NCBI GenBank assembly: GCA_043228905.1
Contig: JBHGNT010000022.1
Location: forward strand, 1,178,001-1,242,000
Direction: 5' to 3'
DNA from: Azolla caroliniana
Taxonomy: Eukaryota; Plantae; Polypodiophyta
Length of the DNA stretch: 64,000 nt
Part shown: piece by piece, positions 48,145 through 63,565 of the stretch
Position numbering within the stretch: the stretch's first letter is position 1
How the letters are laid out: each line of letters begins with the position of its first letter
Made by a program: the position numbers and the translations under genes
The notes under the pieces: generated by a model
What the model was told of the DNA's origin: nothing
Seen by the model: only the letters and a program-made list of their open reading frames with translations
Databases searched by the model: none

Positions 48145-51100
48145 GCCCTTCTTGCTTTCTTTCTAGAAACTTCTAGAAGGATCCCCACCCCCCCCCCACA
48201 CAGAAAAACAAACCACACCCTTCCTGCAAGGAAAGAAAAAGCAAAGATAATCATGTCAGAAGTTTTGGAAGAGGGAGGAAAAAAACACATCTTGTTTTTA
48301 AATTTTAAGAATTTCAGGAAAAAAAAAAAAATTCTGTTGATCAAAAGCTTAAAAAGAAAACAGTGCTCATTCAAAAAACCCACAAATTTTGTTGATATAA
48401 AAAGCCCCCAACGTTTTAATGGAAGAAAATTCTTCCATTTCCAGAGTCTAGACAGGCCCGCAATATTTGTGATTTAGAACCCCGCAGATTTGTTTAGTAG
48501 GAGATAGCATTTTACAGAAGAAATTTCTTCTATTTTCCAGAAAGACCCACAGGTTTTGATACCCACAGAAAATGTTGATTAGAACCCGCCAGTTGTTTAT
48601 TAAAAACACCACAAAAAAGTAAATTTTTTTCTGGATTAAAAAAACCCAACAAAAACTGCTGCAATTAGAAAAGAAAAACTCACTTTTGATTTTTGCAAAC
48701 CCAAAGAGGAAATTCAGAAATGGAAGGGTGAACCTCTTATACAGCAGTGATGAGACAAAGAAGGAGAGAAATCAAAAGAAATCGGTGAACTGTAAAGGGT
48801 CTGATTCTGAGATGAGGGCAGATGAAAATGGCTAATACAGAGAGAGAAAGAGAGAGAGAGACCTCCAAAATTATTTGTTGAAGAAACTGGTTAGGAATGA
48901 AGCACAAAAAACCAAAGACTGTATTTGATCAATACAATACATATACTTCACTTTCCCTTTCAGTTAAAACAAAACAAAAAAAAACAGACAAATACATAAA
49001 TAGACAAGGAGCAGAGCAGCTATACAGATGTATATGTACATACATTTCTATATGTATACATATACATATACTGTTATACATATACATATACGGTTATACA
49101 TATACATATATGTACATACTACATCATATGCATACATTGATATATACATACATACATAAATACATGTACACATACCTATACATATACATATACATGCATA
49201 AATACACATATACAATAATACATGCATAAATACATACATTCGTATCTAGACATAGTCTATATGCATAGTATGAACCATACGTGCATTCGCATTTTAGAGA
49301 ATGTTTCAATCATTCGAGTATGGTAAATACCTTTTGAAGTATGGTAAATACCATACTTTTGTACTCATTATTTATTATAAGGCAAAAACAAAATTTTAGG
49401 TAAGAAAGTTAAGGTAAAAAGTGTAATAAAAAATAAATAAATCAACATACGAATGTTTTGATAACATACGCATTCGTATGGAAAAGGAATGTTTGCCAAT
49501 GCATTCGCGTATATTACGTACTATGGTCTATAGATATATCATATATGATATACATATATATACTTATTTTTAGTAACACTTTTATTACTAGTGGGAAACC
49601 TCAAATTGAGGCGAAAACCCACAAATAATTAAAGAGAAATATACAACTTGTCGATTAGACACTAAAGAGCTTAGAAGCACTCAAAGTAAAGAGTGTAAAT
49701 CTGGCTCTAACTAAGTTGTAGACAATCAAAGAGAGATTGCACTAGGAATTGCTTAAAGAAGCTAACTTCATGCAGTTGGTTTCAATCAAAAACCTTATTA
49801 TTGCGTATATGTATATGTATATATGAATGTATGCATATGATGCACAGTTATGTAAATGTACATGTATACGTATATACATATACATGCATAAATATGTACA
49901 TACATACATACACAAATACATATACATGTATATTATTATATCTATATAACCAATGCTTTGTTTTTGGTTGGGGGAAAGGAGAAAATGATTTTTCTTTCTT
50001 CTCTTCTTCTTCTTTGCATTTTGTTTTGTTGTTTAGGGTTTTGGGGGGGCCATTCACACACTTTGAAAGAACTTACAAGTGTCCCATTTTCCCGCACCTC
50101 GTTCGATCACATAAAATTTCATGATTGTCTTTTTTGGCCCCAATTTCTCGTCCGACACCTTAGGTCTCCATACCAAACCACGAGCCGTTACTATGCTTTA
50201 CTTACTACAACGTGATGACGAAAAAACACATAGAGCTTTTGTGTACAAATTTTGAAGAAGCCGTTTGTGTATATTTATATATCTCCTTTTGTTGCGATGG
50301 CCTTCTTAGCTTGACAATCAAACAGAGCTTTTCAAATCCCGGCCGACACTTCCCGTGAACAAACCATACCTTTGTCCAACTTACTTTGAAAGTGAGTGTT
50401 GGGAGAGTTATGATTAGTCAGAGTCGCCTCCCACAATCACTAAGATTTTATAGCATTACGAAAGGAAAAAAATATTACTTTTCACATCCTACATCTCACA
50501 TATTGTCATATAAAATTTAGGATATGCAATAGACAAAAGAAATTTTTAAAACAAATGTGTTTTCACTTTTTACCAAAATAGTCAATATGTCATGTTGGTT
50601 TAATCCTCTGAAAGTCTTGAAGTACTCCTACACACCGACGTTTTAAAGAACTCGATAGCATTTGAGGGAATAAAGTTGCTAAACTTATCTACACATGGTG
50701 ATGAAACTATGTGTGGACACGATTGTATTTTCAACATTCTTGGATTTTAACGTAAAGCGATTAAAATGCACTAGAATGGTGTCTTCATGGGGTTTCTAAG
50801 AGAAACCAAATTAGAGGAGAAGATTAGGGTATTTTCTCTTTTAGCCACAAGATATATTAATGTCAACAATAGAGTATTAAGGCAGTTGTCATGTTTTCAC
50901 ATATGGGCCAAGGCTTTTTTTTACTATCAATGGCAACAAATCGAGTTACTAACTTACTAGTTAGGTACTATGCGCAAGAAATATGGATTACCGTGTTTGG
51001 TTGTCAATGTCTCATATGATTCTAGGAGGCAATGAATGATAACAACAAAGAAAACGAATATCATTAAAGTCTTTATGTCGTGGTTTTCCATGTGTACAAA

Positions 51101-52595
51101 TGATGCATCATGGCACTATATATGATTTATTGCCTCAGGACAAGAAAACTTGATTTCAATTGGTGGTGAAAAATGTTCAATTATACTAGGATATAAAAAA
51201 GAGTTTGATGCATGTTTTTGCTCTCGGATACTATGTACATATTGCATCCATTAACTCTTAGTTCGAGTCGTAATTATAATGTACTTTGGAATAACAAACC
51301 AATTCAAGTTAATTCATTTAGAACAGATACACCACATACACCCTCGAGGTATATGTTGGGATTGCAAAAATGATTTCACAATGATCATCTTCCATAGCAT
51401 ATCTTTAAATGCAAGAACAAGTTTTTTTACATTCCATGCAAGATTCAAGATGTGAGGTGGTTGATATTATGAAGCATCATTGTAAGTTGACTATGCGACT
51501 CCTGAAATCCATAGGGTGCACAAACGATGGGTTGTTTATTAGAGATTGAGCTCATAGTGAAATTTAGGGTTTTATAGTCTTAAGTGAATTTATAAACTAT
51601 ATAGTATAAATTATTAGTTAGCAAGGTTAAAGGTATTTGATCCAAAGGAATTGGACAATTGGAAATTGTAAAACGGGTTAGAGATTGTACTGAAATATTT
51701 GGAATGAACTCGATTGATTGAAATGCACATGGTCTTTGATTGGTGAGACCAACATAAATTTGGACTCGAAGTTATCGTTTTTATTTGTCTAACTTCAATT
51801 TACAAGTTGTAATTAGTGGACAAATAACTAGTGACCACACTTTTCATTGCTCTATTATGGACTTTACATAACCTCATTTGTGGGCCCCAATTCCTAGCTC
51901 ACAAAGTATACTCACTACCTAAAGACAAATTGGTTGGCGTCACATGTTTCTTGAACACGAAACATAAGAGTTATGTGTAGGTGATTGAATGCATATAACA
52001 TTTGTTCACGGGTAATCACTACAACATAACTATGATGAATGAACATAGTTAAGCACAAAATCTTGAGAATAATCTAACAAATAGACATATTTGTATTAAG
52101 TAAAGGCTTTATGTACATTAAGAATATCGTACACATACACACACATTCATTGAGTTTAGTTTTCTAGTTAAAAAAGATCCGCAAAGTCTCTTCATTGGGT
52201 GTGTTGCATTTACAGTAGGTAAATTTTGTCACACACATAGGAAGCTTCCTCATCTCTAACATGACTCCATATATTACGTCAACCATCTAAATTGCTCTCA
52301 ATCTCTCGAACAAAAAGCATAAAGAAAACTCATGAGGAAAAGATATAGAACATGCCGAAGTCATATTGATTTATATGATTATATATCTTGATTACAAGCA
52401 TGCTGCTCTATTGAGGAGCTCCACATGCCCTACCTAATGCTATCTAGTTCTAGGTCTTGCAAAGTCTTGGGCTCGTGTTTTCTTTTACCACCAATCTTCA
52501 AGCTTCTTTAATTCTTCTTCTTTTCATTCTTGGGTTTTTTCTTTCTTCACTATCTCAATGTCAATCAATCCTTCCCTTTTTATTGTAATTAGCTT

Positions 52596-52815
52596 AACCT
52601 GGGGGTAAGTTGTTTACACTACATCTTAGGTTCGGAACCCAATTTTCTCACCTCTCTATTACTCTATAGATATCATCTTAGGTTTGAAACCCAAATTTCT
52701 CACCTCTCAATTACTCCATAGATATCCCTTATTTCACATGAGCCACTATGGAATGTAGGGGTTCAACCTATGACCACCTGGTCTCCATTGGGCAACCTTT
52801 ACTAACTGAGCTACA
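52596..52815. repeat. Dispersed tRNA-derived SINE-like repeat; second copy at ~45355-45510
   Basis: Shared GGTTCG.AACCCAATTTTCTCACCTCT...GCCACT..GGAATG; B-box on plus strand; A box TAGCTCAGTTAG and B box GGTTGAACCCC on minus strand. Confidence 0.55.
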
Positions 52816-52819
52816 TGCA

Positions 52820-52864
<45 letters not shown>

Positions 52865-53610
52865 CAATTACCTTATTTTTTTCATTCTTGTTAAATTGGC
52901 ATTGCTTCCTTCCAATTTTGGCAATCCACATCTTTTTTTCTCTTCTAATTTTTGTTCTATCTTTCTTTTCTCAAAGGTGTGTGCCGAATACTAAGGACAT
53001 GTGAACCTCCACACTCACAAATTACTAAAGTATGGAAAAACGGGCATTTTCGTAGGCCACAATATGATGACACGTATAAAATTTACTGTATTTATTATAT
53101 GTTGATACAAATCCCTCATTGTGCCCAACAAACCTCGTGCGACATGTCAACTTTTCTAGAGAGAAAGAGTACCATCAAGGGCCATTACATGAACACGAAA
53201 ATGAAGCAACTAGAATTATATTAAAAGAGACAAAGTTGATCCTAATGCAATTGTTTATTACTCCCACACATTCCATTCCCTCAAATCTGCCCATCTGTCT
53301 CTCTATAAATCATATATGAAAGAAGCACACAAAATCCTAGAGAGATAAAATCGTAAAACATACAAAAACAAAATTTTCATAAGAAGTCAAAGCAACAAAA
53401 CACCTTTCACGTGTACCGTGATATAGCAACATTCATTATGTGTAATACGTTGGTAGGATACATCCCACATGATGTTTGTAGACATCATGAAGATTAACAC
53501 GATATTTAATGCACATTGTTGGGCCTTTGAAGTGTGTTGCATTGCATAGATTCCTTATGGTTGTATCGAGATTCATATTGTTCTAAGCCATTCTTTTGAA
53601 TAGATATATG

Positions 53611-53642
<32 letters not shown>

Positions 53643-54617
53643 TGTATACACACATACACACACACATTTACATTTGCATGGGTGTTTCTTTGTCCAGTAC
53701 CGCAAACCAATAACCGGATCATGTAAACCAATAGTTTGGCAATATTGGGATTCATGAGTCAATCCTTGCCATTCCCAAATACTTAACAATCACTTTGTCT
53801 TAGGAACTCCCGGTAGATTTCTTAAACCATATCAATGACACGACAAGCTTGTAGGGCATACTTAAAAGATTGCATGATTTTGTCTATAAACCAAGGCTAC
53901 AATATACTTACATCAAACCAAGTTTACTCCCTAATTTTCCTTATTTTGATAGCCTTCTATAATGAAAGAAATATCATCAAAATAGAGGGCCGCATTTGAG
54001 TTATGGGGTCAAAATCACTCTCAATTATTCTTTGATAATTGGACAATAGTTTGGCTTTTATACAAGTTGAATGTCTATGTTTTGGACCAGGGTTTCACAT
54101 GCATAATTTTCACAACAATAGTTATGAGGTTGCACCAATAAGCACACTTGGAAATTACATAACTTGATAAAATTATGTAGTGAATTTATATCATTCTCAA
54201 ACCGAACATGATATAACCAGTTATGTTAATCAAATTTAGGGTTTTATTTGGAGAACTCAAAATATAGTCAACTATTTACATGAAATAAATCTTCACGTGA
54301 TTGCAATATGAATGGAATTGTAGGATAGAGGAGAGCAAGAGATTAACAAATGACACAAGTCATTGCATGCGAGAGTGAAGTCATACGAATGCATAAAGAA
54401 ATATGATAGAATCATCATATGGTAGATATCGAAATCGATAAAAATAAAGCATTGCCATTCTTGTTTTCATTATGTAAGTTTACATGAGAGAATATTGAAA
54501 TGTTCAAATACATTCTACCTTATGTGAGTTGGTGTGTTCTATCTTCTTTAGGATCAAGCAAGATAAATGTGTACTCATGGTGATAGCATAATATTTACAT
54601 ACATGCTACATTATGCC

Positions 54618-54912
54618 AGTTGACGCATTCTATTTGCTTTAGGATCAAGTGAGACAAAAACTACTAATAGTTACTAATTCTGACATATAATTCCACCAAC
54701 CCCGGTAGAAAGATGTAGTTATAACCTCTTAATAGGACAAGATCAAAGATCAATCAAGAAAAAAGAGAGCCAGCCAATTGACGCGTTGTATTTGCTTTTG
54801 AATCGAACAAGACAAAAACATATTAATAGTACACTCATTCCTACACATAATTCCATCAACCATGGTAGAAACATGTAGTTATAAGTTATAACCTCTTAAG
54901 AGGACAAGATTG
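54618..54912. repeat. Degenerate ~160-bp tandem duplication
   Basis: TTGACGC.TT.TATTTGCTTT...GGTAGAAA.ATGTAGTTATAA...CCTCTTAA.AGGACAAGAT occurs twice. Confidence 0.7.
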
Positions 54913-57150
54913 ATAATTACTCAGGAGGAAAGAGTTTGCATGTTATGATTGTTAAAGCTATAGACAAACAAAAGTTCATCATATCAACATCGGCTATGAA
55001 ACATTTTAGATCTTCATCATTATTATGCATGTAGTTTGAGGTGTGTTTTAGTGTTATCATTCATACTAAATTTTGGATTATATGTATTTTGATGGTATTC
55101 ATCATGTATACCGTTGGTTTAAACTACATAATCACATTTAGTATGAAAGCACAAAATTGTTTGAAAGGACTCAACTTTGTCAATGAAACTAATATGAAAT
55201 CCTTAGAAAAAACCTACTATTGTTCTACTGGACAAAACAAAAGTAGGTACAATTTGTGCATAGTTACAAAAGATATCTGATACCACGCAAATTTCAAGTA
55301 TCAATGGTCAAATTTTCTATAAATATAAGCATTCCACGAGATTTAATAAAATAATCATAACATCTAAAACATGAATACAAGCATGCACTAGTATTATTTG
55401 TGTCTTATGTCACCCATGATTTTATCAAGACTCCTCTTAAGCCTACCGGTTTTTATCGATACACTTTGTGCTACATATGAAGTTATTAAGAGAAACTAAT
55501 ATTGGTTTGCACACATGCCAACCATACAATGCTTACGAATTTGACCACTATTCATAAACTACTCGTACTTCTGTTGCAACATTGAGGAAATTTCTTACAA
55601 AAGATTGTTTCTCTCCCCAATATTCTAAATGGGTACCTAGAGTATTGTAAGTTATATGATCTACCACCAAGAAAATTGCGCTCATTCACTATATCAAATA
55701 TTTTACTTGAAGCACTCAATAGCTCTTAAGGAATCTTGATAACACTCGAGTATGTATTATACTATACAACCCACCTATATCAAAGGGTATCATTTAATCA
55801 CCTATATTACCAATCCCAACACATTGTTGGCTTATTAACACCCACTCATCAAAGATTTATTCATCATCTTTAATTTATACATCTTCAAAAAGATACTTCT
55901 GTTCCATCAAAGCAATTGTTCCATCATCAACCCCTAAATTTAGGTTCAACCTAGATAGCTCCTTGTATGTAGGTTTATTTCTTTATTTGTAAGTGTCTCC
56001 GGTAACAATTTGCGATGTTTTGGCTTCCCTAAATGGGTCATTCTCGAGCCATAGTTATCAAATCACATGCGTGTATCTCTGCCGAAATATTTATGTTATC
56101 GTTACAAGCAATGATTACTACTTCGCAAGTGGATCTTGCACCCAACATTATCATGGACAATACCATCAAGGAGGTCCCACATCTATCACTCAAATCATTG
56201 AAATTTCCTTAAAACAACTATCTTTTTATTCGTGTCCTGAAAGAAATCATTGATAACGTATGCCTTCTCTTATCGTTACATAACTACAAAACATTGTGAT
56301 TGACGCCCCAAGATAAGTCATAAAATAATTTCATTATTATTTATACAGATAAAATATATTGATATTAGAATAGTATCAATCAATACATACCTCATAACAT
56401 TCATAGACTCCAAAGCACAAGCATCAAATCCAACAAATTCTAATGTTCATTTCTTAAGTGTTAAGGTACAATGACAAAATCATAATCGAGCAAGTGCCAT
56501 GCATAAGTACAAGCACTATAGTGAAAGAGTTCAACGTTTTCCAAAAATTTGCAAACCCCAATGGCTAAGGTCAAATATATTTAAAAGTTCCATTCCTAGG
56601 TGCATCAAAAAACTATGAATATTAAATAATATACGTTTTTAAGGAATCTCCGATGTTTAGACCCAGACTCGAAGGTAGTTCCCACTCAAGATTTTATGAC
56701 GTATTGAGTAATGCAACTTTTTGACACTCAAACAATTGGAGGACGCGTTGAAGGCCATGGTTTGGGGTCTTAATATTTATAACAAAGATTTGGAAGAGAG
56801 AGACAAAGTGTGTGTCTTCAGTCACATCAATAATGTAACTGGCATATAGAAAACCATGTCACCAATATCACATCCCATTATATTGAGTGTAATTGGCGCT
56901 ATACGATAATCGATTTTTTCGCCAATAATAATTGGCTCACTTGCCTCTATGCTCTCCCACTCATTCAGTTGAAATTTTGCCGATGTGATATCCTTAGAGG
57001 AATAAGGTCAAAGTTCCAACACATTACCATGTTCTATGTGTAAAAAAAAAGAGATCGAAAGTTATAGAAAGTTGCATGTGAATGGATAAAAAGAGATATT
57101 CCATTATTATAGTTCATTATTTAGAATACAGTGTGTTAAGTTTTCACATT

Positions 57151-57235
57151 GGGGTGGTGGCGCAGTTGGCTAGCGCGTAGGTCTCATAGCTCTTGAGGTA
57201 TCCTGAGGTCGAGAGTTCGAGCCTCTCTCACCCCA
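57151..57235 (+). tRNA. tRNA-Met: Elongator tRNA-Met(CAT) with an 11-nt intron (57189-57199)
   Basis: GGGGTGGTGGCGCAGTTGGCTAGCGCGTAGGTCTCATA[intron]ATCCTGAGGTCGAGAGTTCGAGCCTCTCTCACCCCA, then a T-run terminator; canonical plant sequence. Confidence 0.97.
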
Positions 57236-60200
57236 ATTTTTACATATTTGTCCATCTTTGTTTATATACTTCGTTGTTTTTACTTAATCCATACTTGTTT
57301 ATTATAAATACTTCATTGTTTTTACTTAAATCCATCTTCAGTGTTAAAAACATATGTTTAATCTATGGTGCACCCGAATTTCTACTCATGTGTGCATTCA
57401 ATATATTATACATTTCTAAGGTGTGGTGCACTGTTTATATAGGTTTCTGTTGAGGTGGTGCATTCAAAATTCTACTGTGTATGAGCTTTCTTTCAATATG
57501 TATGCAAATAAGCTAAAAGTTTCGATGCGTGTTTTGGATGAGATAATGTGAACTAGTTATTACGCAAACATGAGACAATCCGGTCACAAAGGTTGTTTTG
57601 GCCTTCTTTAAATATGCGAATGGTATGTATCTTCATTTCCTAGCCTTTGTGTTCTTTATTACAGTAATATTTAAAATTTTAGAAAATCTTTGCTCACGGG
57701 AATTCACATGGAGTTGTCAATTGGTCTTAGGATATGTATGACACCTTTAAAATAAAATTTGAAGCTTCTTGCAATTATGATTGCCTATGTATACTTTGCA
57801 AAAGGTTTCACTTATGTTGATTTTTGATAGGTGAGATATCTATGATATAACCGACTATTGGACACTGCCCAATGGTCTTGGTCTTGTATAGGTTCTTGAT
57901 CACCATCGTCTTCTCATCAACCAATGTACAAATCTTATGACAACTAATATGTCATGCAAAATGTTCATCATCAGCGCATGATAGCCCAAATAAATCTTGA
58001 AGTACAATTATAGTAAACATATCCTTTTGGCTTATTATATAAGCAATTGTGTTGGATTGTCAAGAATCAATGAAAGGCCTAGCTTTTCAGTCAAACCTAG
58101 AAAGCATGAGAGTAAACACGTGAATGTGTGTGTAAGAAGACGTTACATGCTATAAGCATAATATGAACATTGCCTTATACGCTACATCAGACTAAACATC
58201 CCGACATTGATGTTACAAATTATTGAAATGTGAAAATACGAGTAACAAAGATATTATATGCCTAAGACATCATATAAGACACTTTAGGACATATCAACTT
58301 GTGGATCTAACAACTTATTGCTCATAGTGCATATTACTTTCTTATAAATCTAAAACATAATGGTTTAGTGACAAAAGGCTTGTGCTTCCAAAACATAAAT
58401 ATTTCAAAACTTTTTTTATTCAAGATCGTGCACACCATCTTATTGATCCTAAAATTATGTGTTTTCAAATCATTTTCCACAAACCGAGGATTGAAAATGA
58501 TATCATGGCTTAAGGTAATGGTAAAGAGGTGCACATGCGAATCGAATTAAGATGAGCAATGAGCATCATCCCTTTTCTACTCTTTGCTTTACACATAGTA
58601 TAATGATATAGTTTAAGGTAAAGGTCATCATGTTCAATGTTTCATGTTGCTATAACAAATTTTTTAGATGTTTTTTTTGTCATGGAGAATTTACGTGGCT
58701 CATGTCTAACATTGAAATTCATACACAATTCCCCATGTCAACACATCACAATGGTTTCATGAAGATTATGTGAACAGATTTGCATTTGAAAGAATGTAAA
58801 CAAATTTGTGTTGAGAAGAATGAGTTGGTGTTGAAGATGTCAATTCATTGGGAAAGTAGGTGAGATTCGCGTATCCATAAATTGTCCTTTATAGCATACC
58901 ACATGCAAATAATGCGGCAATCCCAACTTTTCTATTTGATACTGGTGTCCACACCATGAAGTTTCCTTAGCCCTGTGTTGTAATGTCCAAGCAATAAAAA
59001 TTTATCAAAAGGCAATAAACTTTTACACCATTTTGCCAAAGTTACTTATATAACCAATGTTTCCATTTTGAATCATATTCTAGAAAAAACATTGATGTAG
59101 TAGAGTACCCTCCATTTTCAATCCTTGTGTTGTGGGTAAAAATGTATCATTGTCAAATAATCTACAACATTATCTCAAACAAATGAAGAGTTTTTATTTC
59201 AATTGTGTAATCAAACCTATTTATTCATATTTGAAACCCAAAAAACCTTAATGTTGTGGAAGGATATAAGCTTTTACAACCATGTTAAAGTGTTTAATAT
59301 CAAGGAGTTCACAAATTACCATTAACTAGGTGAATATGTAAGGAAATATTTCGATATTTGAAAGTATTTATCCTAATATTCTTTGGGTTGCACATCATAC
59401 TATATTTGCATGAAATCTCTCCTTCCTCGTTGCCATTCACACGAGAGCATGATACATATCTTTTTTTGGCTCCGCAACACAAATATCCTTTGGCTTCTTC
59501 GTCCACAACTTATAGATGAAGTCCTTGCAACACAATTTACAATCCACTCTTCTTCAACTACTCTATCATTGCAAAATGAACATCCCCACACATTTACCCG
59601 AGGCTTCCAATTCATTGGGTGAGATTTCGTTTACCTCATGTATTGGTAATTTCACATTATAGAGACGAAAATTGAAATAGGATGAAGTGACCTGGCATCG
59701 TTAGGCCAGACAAAATAACTACCCAAAGACTCGTCTTCAAAGAAAACATAGTTTTCTAGAAGACCATATTATATTCAAATTCCTAGCTCGACCAACCTAC
59801 ACCAACACAAGCACCCCCTTGAGTGGAGACGGTTGCAAAGTTACCTTTGCTCCGAACAAATTTGTGCTGATGACGGAAACATAGATTAGGAGGAGATATA
59901 TATTACTCTTTAACTATCAATGTTGTCTTTCTGCAGAAATTATGCATATGACATAGTGACATACGTTATTGGGTCGCTCTTGCACCTTCGAACAGTTTTA
60001 ACACTTAACTTTCTTTCCTAAAATACCATTATTGCAGCTACATGATTTCCAACACAAAGACTGCACCCTTAGATGTCCAATGATCAAAATCACCATCATC
60101 TCTTTTCTTTTGTGAGAGAAGAAAAACTCATGTTAATGACTGAAATATAGTAGAAGGAGAAGTTGAGGAGATTATGGGAGTCGATCTCTTCATTGTCAGC

Positions 60201-60489
60201 ATTAAATATTTCATCTCAGCCATTTATTAATAATATCTGGTATGTCAGTGGCTTAAACAATTGAGTTTTTACAAGCATATTATAGTGCACATATTCAATC
60301 ATGTAAAATATGGGTTGTCACTTCATTCGGATTTGTTAGTGAGGAATAATTGCATATACCCACCTTTTCAAATCTACAGATAACTTGTGTCAAGCTTAAA
60401 CTTGATCGCCAAAACAATACGTTACAGAGTTATGAGCTGAAAATATATAAGCACTTGATCAATCTGAAAACCCAGCTTCAATGGAATTA

Positions 60490-63400
60490 TTAAGTCACGG
60501 AATCAGCTTGTTGAACTCCCAAAGTTCCCTTTTCCTCCAAGTAAGAAACCATCCGAGCTGCCATTTCTTCAGGTGTAGGACATCTTCCATCAATGGGTTC
60601 CATTATAACCTTCCAAGGAGTTACATTAATCAAACTTGATAAAACAATTGGTTACATTACAACCTCACAGGAAGTTGTGTGAGTATACTGATAAAACATA
60701 TTCAAACTTGATAAAACAATGGATTATATTACAACCTTACATGGAGTTATATTTTGAAAATACCTATAAAACATAAGAGTTGACCAAACATATATTATGT
60801 AATGCTAGTTTCTCACCTCACAATTCAAGGGGGCTTCATATGGATCATCTACACCAGTGAAGCCTGTAGATGATTATGTGCCAAATAAATAATTTTCATT
60901 GAAGCAAACAATTACTTGCACAAACTATGCCAAAGAAAGTATCTATGAATATCTACTCAAAATATGAGAGAGGTTAAGTTACCTTTTATTTTACCAGCTC
61001 GAGCAAGCTTGTAAAGACCTTTGGGATCCCTCTCTTCGCAAAGTGTAAGAGGAAAATTCATATAAACCTAATTGCAAACAAGAAAATTTACACAAACAGT
61101 GTTCCATTAGGAATACAAACATTTAAATATGGCATAGAAAAATACTTATCAGACCAAATTCCAGTATTATGGAAAATTGATACTGCAGATATTAGGTGGC
61201 AAAAGACAAACTGTTGCTTAATTCAATAACGTAGTGCATAATTTCAATAATAATAATAAAATAGTAAAAAGAGTGGAAATTTCCACACTGGCCAAATTTG
61301 TAGGTAACAATCACCGAGACCAATGTGCTCTACCATTCAATATTTGAGGAGCAACGGACTATAGGCAGCACCAACCAATAAATCACATAACCAAATTTTT
61401 CTATGGGGCCAGCGGATATATGCACCTTTTCATATAGAAATATTCCTAAATTTGCTCAATGCGAATAATCAACTTTGCCAACTAGCACTTTCTCATATAT
61501 ATTGATATTCCATTCCAAATGCTGCATACTTTACCCTTGAATATGACTGTGATATATCGTGCGTCTTCTACAACTCCTATCCTCTTTAATGGCCTATGAT
61601 GAATTGTATGTCCTTGATTAGGTTTTCATGAGCATACACACGACGACAAGGTAGTTGAATAGATGATGGGTTTACTACTCTAAGCTCACTCAACCAATAC
61701 TGTAGTCAGGTGTATGATCATGGTACGAGTCTAGCCTTCTACATGTTTGTTTATTAATTGAGCATGTCCACTAGATTAAACATGTAAGTAGGAGAGTGTT
61801 AGGATTCTACATGCTTTTATTTATTGACCATGCATACTAGGTTAGACATGTAAGCAAGAGAGCCTTCTACATGTTTTTTTGTTAATTGACCATATATATA
61901 CTAGGTTAAGAATTCCTTGAATGTTTTGTTTTGGTCCCATGGACAATAATAAATATCATATCATATCTAACATATTGATTTTTTCATTCCTAAAAAATGA
62001 GATTGATACAACAAAGACGAGACAATCTATGCATATCCATACATTTTAAAATTCATTTGAACGAGAGTGAAAGAAGACAGCACTGAGAAGTACAAATAAA
62101 ATCTTAAATGTATAATATGCTTCGTAAAACAATACCTCAATAAATTCCCCTTCTTGTAATAGTCTCCGGCATGCATCTCTATCTTTTCTGTAAGGAGATA
62201 TTACACTTGCTATACAAAGGAGTCCAGCGTCAGCAAAAAGTTTTGCAACCTCCCCTATAAATCACACATGATCCTTCATACTCAATAGTAATTTACACAT
62301 ACAAATAAGAACCAAGATGCAATTTCCAAAAATGTCTCAACTAATTCGAAACAAAATCGAACAAAAACTTACCAATACGCCTAATATTCTCGGCCCGATC
62401 ACTTGCACAAAATCCCAAGTCATTGTTAAGACCATGTCGGACATTATCGCCATCAAGAACATAGCTGAGATTTCCCCTCTTAAGAAGAAGCTGCTCTAAT
62501 GCGCATGCAAGGGTACTTTTGCCTTCATGAAACCATAACTATATCACTTAAAAGGTCATAATAGTGAAAAAAACGCGTCTTTTCATATATGTCAAAGGTG
62601 GCAAACCTGATCCGCTAAGGCCAGTGATCCATATCACGCATCCTTTTTGACCAAGTAGCTTTTGCTTCTCTTCCTTTTTCACCCTGCATTTTTGCCATGC
62701 AATATTTGTGGATTTTCCAACTGTTATCACTGAGCACGTATTCAGACCTACGGAAGCAAGAAAGTATGGGTTGACAAAAAAGTTGTAAAAGTTTTTACCA
62801 AAAGGTAAGATTGCCAAGAAACAAAAACCGAGCTACTAAACCTTGTTGCATACAACTTTTCATAAGAAAACGAGAAACCACTTACAATAATCTCATATGC
62901 ATTCACTGCATTTTAAGCAAAGCTATACTACCCAAATGCACATGTAAAATTTTAGATATACAGTTTTGCATATACACATGTATGGAATGCAAAGAAATGA
63001 GTCTGAGCTATACAAATCCACAGCATGCTGTCAAACAATGACAGGTAATGCAAACGTTTCTAACATTACTATTGGTGCAAGCAATGTTTATCAGAAAACG
63101 AGAATTCTGGCCTGGATACTTTTTAGGGCAAATCTCTGTAATACCCTGAGTTTCCTTTATTTCCCCAGTCAAATGTTCCTGAGTTTTCTTTTATCTCCAC
63201 AAAATGCCCATTGGTTAGCCCCAAAAGAGAGAGAAGGGGGGTGAATCGACCATAAAATCGATCAAATTGAAGATACAATTTCTCTTTTGAGGTTACTCAA
63301 GGGCATTTCCGAAAGAACAAAAACAAGGCAATTGGGGAAAGTAAGAAAAACTCAAGGGTGTATTGGAGTTTTTCCCTACTTTTCTAAGCATTGCTTTATG

Positions 63401-63565
63401 CAGTGCTGTGCATATACAATCGTGAAGATTTAGTAACTTACATGGAAGGGATGTTGCATTGGATGTATCCCTTGATTTTGGGGACTTTACCATTTGATCT
63501 AAACACGCCGAATTGGAATTATGATTCAAATTAAAGACTAGATGGTTGTTTTCTCCCTCTGCCAT
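60490..63565 (-). CDS. APK: Adenylyl-sulfate (APS) kinase; exons 62607-62747, 62373-62522, 62136-62254, 60983-61067, 60817-60863, 60490-60609; tentative first exon 63442-63565
   Basis: [62 protein letters not shown]; GT-AG junctions in phase; 5' end uncertain. Confidence 0.92.
61735..61910. repeat. Three degenerate ~60-bp tandem units in an APK intron
   Basis: TTCTACATG.TT...ATTGA.CAT...ACTAG.TTA repeated three times. Confidence 0.65.

Noticed and set aside
48897-49940. His/Tyr/Ile-rich ORFs, also at 43420-43695 and 53573-53789
   Set aside because: Translations of (TA/CA/TG)n microsatellite-like sequence
55400-59700. Coding-like remnants (possible decayed gypsy or Helitron) around the tRNA
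   Set aside because: No diagnostic motif recoverable by eye; needs tBLASTx/HMM search
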